A DNA stretch of 64,000 nt from Selaginella moellendorffii (lineage: Eukaryota; Plantae; Lycopodiophyta), in contig NW_003314342.1 of the NCBI RefSeq assembly GCF_000143415.4, positions 457,569 through 521,568 of the forward strand. The letters are read 5' to 3'. Positions 35,086-47,883 of this stretch are shown here, in pieces (position 1 is the stretch's first letter; each line of letters begins with the position of its first letter). The notes under the pieces are model-generated. The model was not told the origin of the DNA and did not search any database. It saw nothing but the letters and a program-made list of their open reading frames with translations. Made by a program: the position numbers and the translations under genes.

Positions 35086-37492
35086 ATGAATTTTTTGGTT
35101 GCGGTCTAGGCAAAGGTATCTTTTTCTTGCATGAACTTGTGTTTTCTACTCACAAGTTTTCCTTTTAGCCAATTGTCAAGGCGGAGCAAAACTCATATTT
35201 GAAGATTACGCAAGTGATGGATGAGGTGCAAAAGAACCTTGAACTGCGACAAATTGAGCAGTGCATTTTGAACTCGAAGAAATCAAAGGTGAAGAAGCTA
35301 CTTGTGATTGTAGACATTCGCCGCGATAAAGATTGGTTGGATTGCATTGCAAAGATATACTCTCATGGCAGTAAGTTAGCCCCTTTTATCTTTCTCATTC
35401 CACTTTGAAATCCTTGTCCTTGCAAGAAATGGTAAAACAGAATTACTGCAGGATCTTGGTCATTTGTCCGAGAAACAGCATCCCCCTGAAGCTCTGGCTC
35501 GTGAACTATAACATCACAAAAAGCAAACTCTCCTTCAACGAACAAACCTTTTGCTTAGAACTCCTCAACACTTGGCATCGTAACAACGATAAGAGGTTGG
35601 AGAGCAAACTTGAGAATGTGATGAAGGAGAAGCTCTATGTCACTTAGAGTATTGCGGTTGCTGAGGAGCTACTTCAAGTATGGGATATGAAGTTCCTTAC
35701 TAGTGCCCGCATTGGCATAACACTTCTAGAATATGTCTGAGCTTCCTTTCAAGAGCTTGGGGATGGATGGCTTCCTAATGGCAGCTCAAGCTTTATGGAT
35801 TTCAAGAACCAGCCGGGCCAACCATTTTTCTTGTGCCGCATGGCATATAGGTATATTGCAAGAAATTGACTTGTTTATTTAATCATGGCTCTTTTGTAGG
35901 TATTTAAATCATTGCCCAGGTGCTCCAGTGTACACAACAAATGTTTTTCTCAAGCTCTTAACTGGTGGGAAGAAACTTGGTATGTATGAGCTAGAGTTCT
36001 AGTGTTTCACTGTGCGGGAGCGAGAACTTTGTCCATGGTACTTGGAGTTATGGAGGCAAATGCCNNNNNNNNNNNNNNNNNNNNNNNNNNNNNNNNNNNN
36101 NNNNNNNNNNNNNNNNNNNNNNNNNNNNNNNNNNNNNNNNNNNNNNNNNNNNNNNNNNNNNNNNCAGCAGTTGCTCATTCCCCAGATCCTATTGCCATTG
36201 CTTGTCCAGCCCCAACTGCTCAAAATGTATGAAGGCAGCTCCATAATAAGGACATCCAAGAGAGTAAGAACTTGATTTCCAATGACTTTGCTTATTGTAA
36301 TTTGGTTGTAAATGTCAGAGAAACCAACTAGCACTCTATACGTTGACATATAAATGCATTCTTTCCATCCCTCCCCACTGCTACAGAGGATGACCTCCAA
36401 GAGTTATCTTTATCGGCTTCACATAAACAGGTATGAAAAAAACATGTATTAACTTTAATATTTCCCAGTTTTGAACACTATTCAGGTTTGCCCTCTTTCT
36501 CCTACAGGAAGTGTTGGCAATTTGGAAATAATTATTTGGGACTACTTTCAGCTTTCCAACAATGTGAGTCAAGAGTCTTTTATGTTCCATCAATGGATGT
36601 GAGGATTGGGAATGAACAATACTTTCGGCATCGACCTTGCATTCTTCAACTTGCCTAATAGGTTACCACCTTTACAAGGTGACACTCCATCTTGAAACAT
36701 CCTTCGATCGGACCATATTTCTCAAGCGGTGGATGTGGCATCCAAGGTGTTGTGATATGAGGGCATTATGCTAGTCATTCTTCCCTATTCTTTATTTTGG
36801 GGAGGTCTTCTTGCAACAATGGCAGAGAATGATGACTCTTGATTGGTTGAGTTTGTATTAGGCTATCTACTCTCAAATATCCTAGTCGAAACAAAAGGAG
36901 CAAGTGGCCGAATCCAAAGGTTTGCATTTCCTTATTTTTCATATCTTAAATTGATTTCCTCTTTTCATTGTAGGTTTTAGCATGGAACTACCATGATCTC
37001 TACCACTACTCTTGCTGTCACAGTATTACACGAGCTGATGAGTGGCATTGCCAAGATATGATAGCTCAACAGATATCATCTCGAATGTTATTAGAGTTCC
37101 CTAGCTATCGACACCATTCACCAAAGGCCATGCAAATCCTCCTAGAGTTGTTTTGTCCTCCTAAGGGGATTGTGCTTAATGCTACAATAGGTTTTGGTTC
37201 GATGGTGCTAGTGGCTAAAGAGATTGGGTGTGCAGTTTTTGCACTAGAGAAGGAGAGTGCATTTGAAGGTGTTCTTAGGACATTTCATTACAGATGATAA
37301 TAAAGTATAAATTTCTCCTTATAGTAAGTCCATCATGGTTGTGTATATTAGGTGGATCGATGATGTGGGCTATAATTTGCCATGTTATGCAGAAGCAATA
37401 GCACAAGCTCATATACAACAAGAGCCCACAGTTAGAGAGCATAATACTATACAAACTCCTCCTTTTGTGGATGTGAATGGAGAGGAAGACTA
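35086..37492 (+). pseudogene. MULE-borne gene with beta-class DNA amino-methyltransferase (N6_N4_Mtase-like) motifs, decayed
   Basis: From 36630: IDLAFFNLPNRL...TPS*N...VDVASKVL*YEGIMLVILP (motif IV-VI pattern). From ~37115: HSPKAMQILLELFCPPKGIVLNATIGFGSMVLVAKEIGCAVFALEKE (motif X-I-II pattern). GT-AG introns present; an N gap lies at 36065-36164. Confidence 0.6.
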
Positions 37493-38499
37493 AGTTTAGT
37501 TTTTTTTTTAATTGAATTTTTTAGTGGTAATATAGAGTTTCTTCTTTGACTTATGATATTTATTTTCTTATTAGACTTATATTATTTAGCTTTCTCTTTG
37601 ACTGAAAATATATCTTAAGTTTTGAATAGAATTGTTGGTTTGTCCCAAACCAATCATTTAAACATCAACTTTTGTATTTGGTGGACTATATTGACTTTCA
37701 TTGACTTGAGCTCAGCTCAAAAACTACCCAGTCCCGGCTTTCACCCCTCGACTTGTATTAATACTCGGACTCGGTCTCGAACTCAATCTCAGACTTGATC
37801 TCGGACCCAACCTCGGACTCGATATCGGATTCGACCTCAAACCTGATCTCAGACTCGACCTCGGACTTGACCTCGGACTCGGTCTCAGACTAGATCTTGG
37901 ATTTTGGACTCTGTCTTGAACTCGGTCTCGAACTCGGTCTCAAAGTTGGCCTCGGACTCGATCCTGGACATTGTCTTGAACTCAATCTTAGAGTCGGTCT
38001 TGGACTCGATCTCAGACTTGGTCCCATCTGATGAACTTTTTATCATTTCGGTCATACTTTCGGGGATCCTTTAGCCTACAACACTTCGGGGAGTTGGTTC
38101 CTTACGACTCCACCACCCATAGAAGAAGTTCGATGCCCACATCAAACATCTCTTTTTTAATCCTACAACTTGTTGACCATGTCTCCGGGGGCATCCCCCC
38201 ACTTAGCAGTGTGCCTAAATTAGCCTCCCTGGCCAAGAGCCCATGACAACGAAATATAGGTGTCCCTATACCCCTCCCCTCACCACGCCTTAGTATGGGA
38301 TTGGGACTTGAACTTTATTAGGGGGTTAGGACTTGAACCCAACCTCTGTAGAATACATCTACGGATTCGACATCCCTATGAGGAGTCGGGTGTAATTCCC
38401 TACATTTGGTCGACCTAACTAACCCATACTAATTAGTTTACCTTTGGTGCGCCTTTGGGTCCCAACATATGCCATTGCTCAACTTCACAAATTGATACT

Positions 38500-41400
38500 T
38501 TAATTGAACTTTGCATAAGTACATAAAGTTCTGCCTTGCAGAAATTCCTCCACTAAATTTCGCACGTTCGCTAGGTTCTTCTCCGGTTCCTATGTTGCTT
38601 CGCAGTGTGGAAATTCTTTCCACTTCACATGGAACTTTCTCACTTCGCATCCTTGTTACGTGCTCTTGCACGCATTAAGGATGGCCTTGACTTCGTATTC
38701 CTCTTCCTCTTGGATAACCTCAGGTAAAGGTCTCACTTGGTCCTTGCGAAGCAGATCCTCAAAGTATGGCTTGAGTAAGTTCACATGGAACACTAGGTGC
38801 ATCTTTTCCATCTCTCGAGGAAGTCGGAGGCAGTAAGCCACTTTACTAATTTGTGCCTTAATCTCATAATGCCCCACGAACCTACTTAAGGAACTCAAGA
38901 TCACTTTATTTCCTGGAACATATGCATTTTTACCTTTGGGTTAACTTTCGACTGATCCCACTTGGTAGTTTTACTTGGTTTGCCTTTGTTGAGCCCGTTC
39001 CAAGGAATCCCTCACTAGATTCCAAATGTTGAGTCTTTCCGTAATGAATGCCTCCACTGCAGGTAACTCTCCATGATATTCGGCCACACCGAGTTCCATA
39101 GGACCTTCAATGGTTCGCCCATTGATGACTTCTTATGGACTCACCCCGATACTTGAGTGTGGTGAGTTGTTATAGCACATTTCTGCAAGTCCCAAATGAT
39201 TTACCCAATCAGTCTAATCTCCAAAGACATAGCATCGCAAATAATCCTCCAGCTGCCTATTCACCCTTTCCATTTGTCTATCTGTCAAGAAGTGTTAGTG
39301 CCATCAAACTTGACTTAATGCCCAATACCTATCTGTGGGTGATAGGTTGTGCTGAATTTCAACTTGGTGCGATACTATTCTAGGAGAGTTCTCCAAAACC
39401 TATTGGTGAAGTTCTTATCTCAATCTGAGATAATTTCTTCTGGCCTTCCCCGCACTCAAACCAGTTGTTCGAAGAATAGCTTTGCCATACCTTTTGCATC
39501 CACTTCTATTGTGGTGGGTATGAAATGTGCCATCTTAAAAAATTAGTCCACCACCACGAATATTGCATCAAGCCCCTCACTTAGAGGGAGTCCCATAATG
39601 AAGTCCATCGTAAAACATTTCCATGAACGATCTGGAATTTGGATGCTTTGTAAAAAGCCCCCACTAGCCTTAGTCACGGCTTTTACCTGCTAATATGTTA
39701 GACATGTCTTTACATAGTCTTGGACGTCTTTAGCCATATTTGGCCAGTGATACTTTCTTTTGAGTAAACCTATCGCCTTAGGCACTTTGCCGTGTCCCGC
39801 AAGAGGTCTGTCATGACACTCTTCTAAGGCTACCTTCTTTAGTTCCCCTTCGGGAATGTATACCCTTGTTTGTTTATAATAGATGAGTCCACTGCATTTC
39901 GCATAACCCATTTTCTTTTCTGTTGGCAGCTCACCTCTCTAGTGAGCTTCTCGCACCTCTTGGTTCCTTAACAACACTTCTTGTGCTAGACCATCGTTCT
40001 CATACACTGTCCGCACATCGTCCCAAAAGGTTGTTGTCACACTAGATATTGCCAACTTCAAGCTCGCTTTTTGACTTAGAACATCCCACAATGTTGCTTT
40101 TCCCAGGTTTATACAGAATCTCGCAATCAAACTCGGCCAAAGCATTGGCCCACCGATCTTGTTTCCCTCTCAAGTCAGGCTGTGACAAGAAGTATTTCGT
40201 TACCACATTATCTATGTAAACTTTGAAGTGTCTCCCAAGGTAGTGTCGCCACTCTTTGAGCACTTTGACCACCACAAACAATTCCTTTTCGTGGGCAGGC
40301 CACTTTTATTGAGCCTTGTCCAACTTCTTTGAGAAGAATGCTACTGGATGGTTGTCTTGCTTCAACACTGTGCCCAACGTAAAGTCCAAAACATCTGTTT
40401 CTACCTCAAAGTCCTTACCAAAGTTTGGTAACGCCAGCATGGGAGCCTTCCTCAACTTCTCTTTGAGGTGGACAAATGCCACTTCACATTCCATTGTCCA
40501 TACCATCTTCCCTTTTTCCCGTTTGGTCCGTTAAAGGTAGGGTTACTCTCAAATAGTGTTTGATAAACTTTCGGTAGTAGTTGCATAGCCCCAAGAATGC
40601 CTTCAACTCTTGTATATTCGATGGTCCCTTCCATTCCTGGATCACTTGGACCTTTTTAAGGTTCACCTTGAGCCCGTCTTTGCCCACCACATGCTAGAGA
40701 AACTTTACCTTTTGTTGAGCAAAGTCACATTTACTCTCTTTAGTATACAGTTGGTGTTCCCTTAGTTTCTCAAACACTTTCATCAAGTGTTTAGCATGCT
40801 CCTTCAGGGTCTCACTATAGATCAAAATGTCGTCAATGTAGATGACCATGAAATAATTCAAATAGGGTACAAAATTATGGTTCATCAACACCGAGAACAT
40901 TGCTAGTGCATTGCACAGCCCAAAGAGTATCACTAGAAACTCAAAACTTCCATACCTTGTTCGACATGTTGTCTTCTCGACATCTTCCTCTGCTATCTTG
41001 ATTTGGTAGTATCTTGACTTTAGGTCGATCCTTAAGAAGTATTCCACCTTTCCCAACCTATCGAATAAGTCCTCAATCCTTGATAAAGGGTATTTATTTT
41101 TCTTTGTATATTTGTTGAGCAACCGGTAGTCTATGCAAATATGCATAGATCCATCTTTCTTTTTCACAAATAACACTGGTGCACCATATGGTGACTTGCT
41201 CAACCTAATATATCCTCTTTCCACCAACTCTTGAAGTTGGTGTTTGAGCTCCTTGAGTTCCTTTTCATTCAACTGATAAGGGGGACGAATCACCACCTTA
41301 GCACTTTTAACAAGCTCGATCTTGTGTTCTATCGGTAGTTTGGGGGGTAACTCCATTGATAACTCCTCTTACATGGTATCTTGGAATTGGTCCAACACTC

Positions 41401-43290
41401 GTTAGATCACTAAAAACACTTTTTTTGTTCCTGTCTTTTTGTCACTCCTCATCAAGAGTAAGCACAAAAATGCTACCTTGGTTCCTTTAGTGAGTTGTCC
41501 TCTCGTGGACACTAAGTTCAAGTAAGAGTCTTATGCCTTACATTGCCTTACCTTTAGATCTTGGGCCTCCACCCTGGATCGTTCTCCACGGGCATTGGCT
41601 AGTACCACAAGGTTCCTACATTATCCATGCAAGGCTACCACGAACCAATTGAACCAATCCATTCCAAAGATTACGTCAAATCCCGCCATGTTTAACATGG
41701 TGAAATCCATATCTACTTTCCAAGTCCCAACTTCAACTCTTGTTTATCGAAGTACCTCATCGGTACTTTGGTTACCTTGAACAAACTTTATAGTCCTTGG
41801 TTCACCCAACTGCTGCACCGTTAGTCCAGCCACTGCACCGTTAGTCTAGCTTGCCGGACTATGTCTACAGCCACAAAATTATCTGAGCACCCATGTCAAC
41901 AAGAATCTTAACAAAGCTACCTCCGAGCTTCCCTTGGAGAGCTAATAGATATTGCGAACGACTCTTTACCAAAGTTGCTCGTGTAATGAATAACTTTGAG
42001 CTAGGGACTGGATCACGTACCTCAATTTAGATTTCAACCAACTTAATGGGTATATTGGCTCTAGCCTTCTTCAGGTAGGGACATTCCCTCGAAAAGTGTC
42101 CCGCTTCACCGCAGTTGAAGCATATGTTGTTTCCCATGCTACTAGCAGACTTGACTTTTTTATCCGCGGGTTTGTCTATTTTCGCTTGACTCCCCCACGT
42201 ACTTGCTTGCTAGCCATTGGATCTACCTTTTTTGGAACACAGAAGACTCATTCTTAGAGAAACTTTTCTTGAATTTCCCTTTGCCATATGTCCCCCTTAG
42301 TTTGGCCCCTTTGTTAAATGTGGACCTCGACCTCGTTGTGTTCCCCTTTTGCAGATTGTCATTGAAATGCACCTTGATAACTGCATCCAACGCTTCTTTG
42401 TAGTTTGTCAAGTTCCTGCGAGCGCCGACAAGAGAGTGTTGTACGAAACAAGGTCTCTCTCCGCCATGGCATCAAACAAGCTCCTCGCCTTGAACGCATC
42501 ACCTCACCATGAGCCCAGGTTTGCAAGCCTGATATGAAGGTATAGAATGCATCCATATCGCCCATATCTATGACAAGTATCCTCTTTGCCATAAACTTAT
42601 TCACATACTCTTGAATGGTTCCGGTCTACTTCAGCCTACTCAGCTCATCCCTTAGGTGCATAGTAGCATTTAGAGGAACGTAAGTCATGTGGATCCTCGC
42701 CTTCATCATTTCCTAAGTGGCCATCGGTCCTTTGTTGGCATCTGTTGTTCTCCACCAAGACTTCGCATTATCTGCCAAGTATGGTTTTGCACATGGGACC
42801 TTCTCCGAGCTCGGTAATTGCAACGCTCGAAAGTAGTCCTCCATATCATAAAACCAATCCTCCACCACATTCACTCTATTAAAGACTGGTGGGTGCTTTG
42901 GTTTGTACTTAAGAACTGCTTGAGGGACTAATTCCACTTAAGTTTGTTCAACCTTGTTTGGTTCCGCCTTAGTCCTTGCCAAAAGGTCTGCACCTTCTAC
43001 ACTGCCAGTATCTATAGTCTTTCGCTTTTTCTTCCGCTTCTCATCATGCTTTAGCTTGGGTATGAGAGTCTCTAATAGGGCATTGGTTTGTGCCAATTGT
43101 CCTTCTATAACATCCAATCAAGCCTTGGATGATTGAACCTCACCACTGGACTCTTGTTTGGAAGTTTCCTCACTATGCAAGGATTCCACATCCATTGCTT
43201 GTTGTTCGACCGAAGGCATTAGCTCTTGAGGAGGTTCCATCTCTGCCTTGGTTTGCTTACGCCCTGCTTTTGCCATCTCCCAGCAATCTG
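38500..43290 (-). pseudogene. gag-pol polyprotein of gypsy copy A (stops and frameshifts)
   Basis: gag VEDWFYDMEDYF; knuckle CFNCGEAGHFSRECP; protease ILVDMGA; [18 protein letters not shown]...YIDDILIYS (40694-41356); RNase H FEVETD...PVAFFSKKL; INT zinc finger CHDRPLAGH; VFHVNLLKPY; chromodomain EEEYEVKAIL...KFHVKWKEFPHCEAT. Confidence 0.92.
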
Positions 43291-46200
43291 CTTCTATCCT
43301 TTGCTAAAACTGAGGAAAATGCTTCGCTACAAAATTATAAACCACAAATTTTTCCTTTCCAATTTGCTAGCTTACCTTGTCTATTTGACCACCACGACCT
43401 TGGCCTTTGCTAAGTTCCCTCGCCAAAGTTCCTGCCTATTTTACTAGCTCCTACTTGGTTCTACTTGGTTTTAGCAACTCACTGCACGAGCAATGGAGTG
43501 TTAGCCATCCTGCTATAGATTCCCAAATCTCTCTTAATCCCCCTCCCCAAGTTAGACTAGACTTAAGGTTCGGCTACACTCCTCGTAGGCACAAGTAGCC
43601 AAGCACACCAAGCCTCCAGGTTCTTAACACCCCTTGGTACAACAAAACTTGATTATGGGATCCTCTAAATCCCAAGCCTTGGGTGCAACACTTCGGGACA
43701 CCGAGGGGAAACACCATGGCCTAATGGCCTAGTATGGGTACCTCTACTCCCCCACTCCCATCCCAAAGGGAAGGCCCAAGCCCCTAGGAAGGGCAAGGAC
43801 TAATGAGCAGCAAGGTACTCAAGTGGGGCACCACTCCACATGAGCCGAGAGCATCGTAGTCGGTTTCCCTTCCAGGAGTGGGAGTTGCTCTTGAGCACTT
43901 CCTGGGGTGGCCCCTTTAGCACTGCCCAAGTCCATGCTCACTCCCACCCAAAGCCCCTTGGCCCAAGTCTCAACCTCAAGTTAGTTTGGAAGCACTACTA
44001 GAGAGTCCTTCAAGACTGATTCCTGAACCTCACTACCATACTTTTGGAACCCATTGCAGCCCCCCTCTGGGAGACACATGCTTTGGGCTTTCACCCCTCA
44101 ACCTATATTAGTACTCGGACTTGGTCTCGGACTCAATCTTGGACCCGACCTCGGACTTGGTCTTGGACTCGATCTTGGACTTGACCTCGGACCCGATCTC
44201 GGACTTGACCTCAAACTCGGTCTTGGACCCGATCTCGGATCTCAGATTCAGTCTCAAACTCGGTCTCGGAGTCGACTTCGAACTCGATCCTGGACTTTGT
44301 CTCAAACTCGGTCTTAGAGTCGGTCTTGGACTTGATCTCAGACTTGGTCCCATTTGGTGAACTCTTTATCATTTCAATCGTGCTTTCAAGGATCTTTTAG
44401 CTTACGAAACCTCATGGAGTTGGTTCCTTACAGTGATCCATATAAGCGTTTGGCTTAGCAAATTATTTAATGTGGTTGTAGTAAATAACTACAATTAGGA
44501 TCACAAGAATAGGGGAAACTTCTAGATGATAAAGGAGTCATAAGGTTATCATATGGTTAAGGCTGGTGCTCATGAATTTAAGATTAAAATTAATGATCGT
44601 GGGAGGTTGAATACGGATGAGGACACAAGTCCTCGAAATGGTAACCATGGCCACCTTTAATAAATGCTAAAACAACCCAAGGAGTTGGAGGTGTACTATT
44701 CTCATCATATGGATGGATAGTCTTAATGGGCAAAGTTAGCCCACAAGGAACGAAAAATAATCAAATATCAAAGTAACATTTGTCAAGATGGTCCTTGTGA
44801 GTAGGACATGAATACAAAAAGTTGTATTCTAGTTAACTAACACCTCAAAAATAGCTATAAGGCTAGGACCTTACAAGTTGTTAAATTAGCAAAAGTCCAA
44901 AAAACTGGATAACTTAAGTGGAGTCAAAGAATGGTCATAAAGAACTAATGGAAACAATTGGACTGAGGTGTGTTGCACTCTATAAAGGATGGGGAAGATT
45001 ACAAAATCCAAGTATGAAAACAATGGGTATCTCATTAATGGCTGCCATACTAAAGTTGTGGGAAAAATGTTCCTGGAAGAAAGAAACTTTGGCACAGAGT
45101 TATGTGTAAATACCATAGTGTAGTGTTAATTAATAGTTGGCATAAGAAATGACTACTTTGGTCTTGAAAAAGACTTAAACATAAGTGGAAAGTGTTATAA
45201 GGGTAGGCTTGTACAGCCGATTGTATGAAGACACCAAATGTGTTAAGGTGTGATACCTTGAGGTCAAGTTAGTGAGTTCATGAGAACCCTTTATCAAAAG
45301 AAGCCCAATGGAAATAGAAATGGCATATCCTAGGTAAGGCCATCTGTAGATGCATATACAAAGGTTGGGTTAAGTGTCAACCCTTTAATGCTTGGGTTCA
45401 AGTCCCAACTCACTAGGGCGTAGTGATGGTTTGGAATATAAGGATACTCATTTTTTGGTGGTCATGAACTCTTAGTAAAGAGACTAGCTTGGGCACAACG
45501 CTAAATGGGGGATGCCCCAAAGTTGTGATGCAAGGTTAGATTACTTAGTATGAAAGCTCAGTATATCTAACTTAAACACTTTGGTGCAAGTGGCACCAAG
45601 GACGTGATGAATGAGATAGAAACACCCAATATTAGTTGTTATGGACTTTTGGTCAAAAGAGCTGATTTGGGTGCACCACTAAGTGTGGGGGATGCCCCCA
45701 AGGTCATGATCAACAACTTAAAGGTTTGGAAAACTTAATATCTATTAACAAACCTATTAAAGTGTCAAAGTTAGATTACTATGTGATCTTATAAATAAGC
45801 AAGGATAAAGTTCTTGTGAGGTTAAAAAATAATATTTTTAGTTCAAAGTATTGATTTGAACTATTGATAATGGTGTGGCTTGGTCAAGGTGACCAAATGA
45901 GAAAGACACCTAAAGAAAATGAACTATGATAATACAATGGTATTGTGAGTTCAAGAAAATAATCTTTAAAGAAGGACCCATAGATAGGTGGTAAAGTTGG
46001 GTTATAGATAGAGCTCAGAGCTGAAAATATTGGGAAAACTTACTAAGGATAAACACCTTTTAGACTTGGTAAAGCAAAGCCTTTGCTATAGAACCAAAAT
46101 AATATTTTGAGGGTGGAAGTAGTGATCCCATGTTGATTGGTGTAACGATCAAAGGATAGGAGCAAAAAACTAGTGGCCAAAAATGGGCCATGAAAATCAT

Positions 46201-47883
46201 TGAAAGGAATACAAATGGCAATGTTACACAAGGAACGCTCATGTATTAGATGTTAATGGATTGTGGGAAAGCAAATATATTTCCAAGGATAGATTCCCAA
46301 ATGCTCTAATTTGGCGAAAGTAAAAGATCTAAAAGAGATAGAGTAGTAAAAGTAGCTAAATGATAGGGCCATAGATAACCTTAGCATAAATTATAAATAA
46401 ATGGAATTTAGTGCTAATGGTGGCATGAAATAGAAAAGAAGATGATGGTGCCTTTAGGTAAAGAAATTCCTAGGATGGGGAAGTGAAATTTACATAACAT
46501 GTGCAATGCAAAGTATCAGAAACACCTAAGAAATTGACTTCAAGAAGTCAAAATTAAAACTTCTTAAGTATAATGTTTACGTTGATAGAAGCTGAGACTA
46601 CTAGAGAATGAATAGTAGGATTGAGATAGGTGTCTCTAATATGTTTAGCAAGAACTAAACCAAATAAAGGGAAAGAACCACCACAAATGGTCTAATAAGT
46701 TTCTAAGTTAGAGAAGGTATGCTCCTTAGAGGATGGACAAAGCATGATGAGCCTTTGGTGTCAAACCATTGACGAATATTAGTTAGGTGCCAAGGATGAA
46801 TGTCTCATAACTCCACCACCCATAAATGAAGTTTAATGTCCTCATCGAACAATAAATCATTTTATAAAGTAAGCCCATCATGGATTCCCACTTTAAATCC
46901 CTAAGGCCCAAAGTGGAGCCAAAAGGGTGCCACGTGGTAGTGGCCAAGGTAGAAGCCAAATGAGCGTAACATATTTAGACTAAAAGTTTTAGCTTGAAAA
47001 GTCAAGCGTAGAAATGGAACTCTTAATGAAGTGCTCGAGGATTAAGCATGAAGTGAGCAACAAGTAAGTCTCTAGAAAAAGGGATACAAGAGGGTTAATA
47101 TATGACATATAAAGGAGTCTAAGATGGAACCGAGATGGAGTTTGAGATGAAGTTCGAGATGGAGTCCAAAATGAACCCGAGATGTAGTCTGAAATGGAGT
47201 TCAAGATGGAGTCCGAGATGGAGTTTGAGATGAAGTTCGAGATGGAGTCCAAAATGAACCCGAGATGTAGTCTGAAATGGAGTTCAAGATGGAGTCCGAG
47301 ATGGACTCGAGATGGAAACCAAGACTGAGACCGAGTTCAAAACCAAATCCGAGACCGAGTTCAAAACCAATTCCAAGTCCAAATCCAAATCCAAATCCAA
47401 ATCCGAATACTAATACAAGCTGTGGGATGAAGGTCAAAAGTGATCGTCCCCCTGGGGGGGGGTCTATAAGGGGTTCCAAAAGTATAGTGGGGTTGAACTC
47501 TAATAGAACCAATTTGGCCAAAAAAGGCCAGTGTGACTAAGGAATGCTATAGCCATGTGTTGGGTGATAATATAACCATTAAGAAGTCCAAGGTTAAAGT
47601 GAATATAAAGAGATAAGTGAGGTAGCTTGGTGAAAAATAATATTGGTGAGTGTTGGTGAAGTGTAAAGGTTCTCATTTAAATTAGTGCATTTTTCACATA
47701 ATATAAATATTGTGAACTTTTTCTAAAGTTGTTTCCTTGGTTGTGGTCTAGACTAGAGCATGCATCAACAAAGACATTAATCTTCCTTAAGGGGGGGAAG
47801 TGTCACAAATATAACTACAGGTTATTTATTCGTGAGTATTTTCAAATATACTTCTTTTACTACTATAATGGCAAAAGGGTGAT

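Larger units (their letters stand above)
31488..37735. mobile_element. Mutator-like (MULE) DNA transposon, ~6.2 kb, two divergent genes, inserted in the 3' LTR of gypsy A
   Basis: 9-bp TSD GGCTTTCAT (31479-31487) / GGCTTTCAC (37736-37744); imperfect TIRs GAGCCCAAGTAGGTTTTGAGCT vs reverse complement GGGACTGGGTAGTTTTTGAGCT; removing it restores the LTR sequence seen at 44080-44110. Confidence 0.85.
30721..44432 (-). mobile_element. Ty3/gypsy chromovirus LTR retrotransposon, copy A (structurally complete, coding-defective), TSD GTGAT
   Basis: 5' LTR 43336-44432; 3' LTR 30721-31487 plus 37736-38106 (split by the MULE); PPT GGGTGGTGGAGT at 38107-38118; GTGAT at 30716-30720 and 44433-44437; domain order gag-PR-RT-RH-INT-chromodomain. 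Confidence 0.93.
28260..47635 (+). mobile_element. Old copy of the LARD-like non-coding LTR element, split by nested insertions
   Basis: Partial 5' LTR at 28260-28449 plus 30162-30468; degenerate PBS (TTAGTATTGGAG ~30470); internal region 30469-30720 continuing at 44433-46800, collinear with the reverse complement of 55628-59727 apart from a large deletion; partial 3' LTR ~46890-47635 with the 12-bp array. Confidence 0.75.

Noticed and set aside
36065-36164. Runs of 100 N (also 49122-49221 and 54549-54648)
   Set aside because: Scaffold gaps of unknown true length; ORFs and element sizes across them are unreliable.
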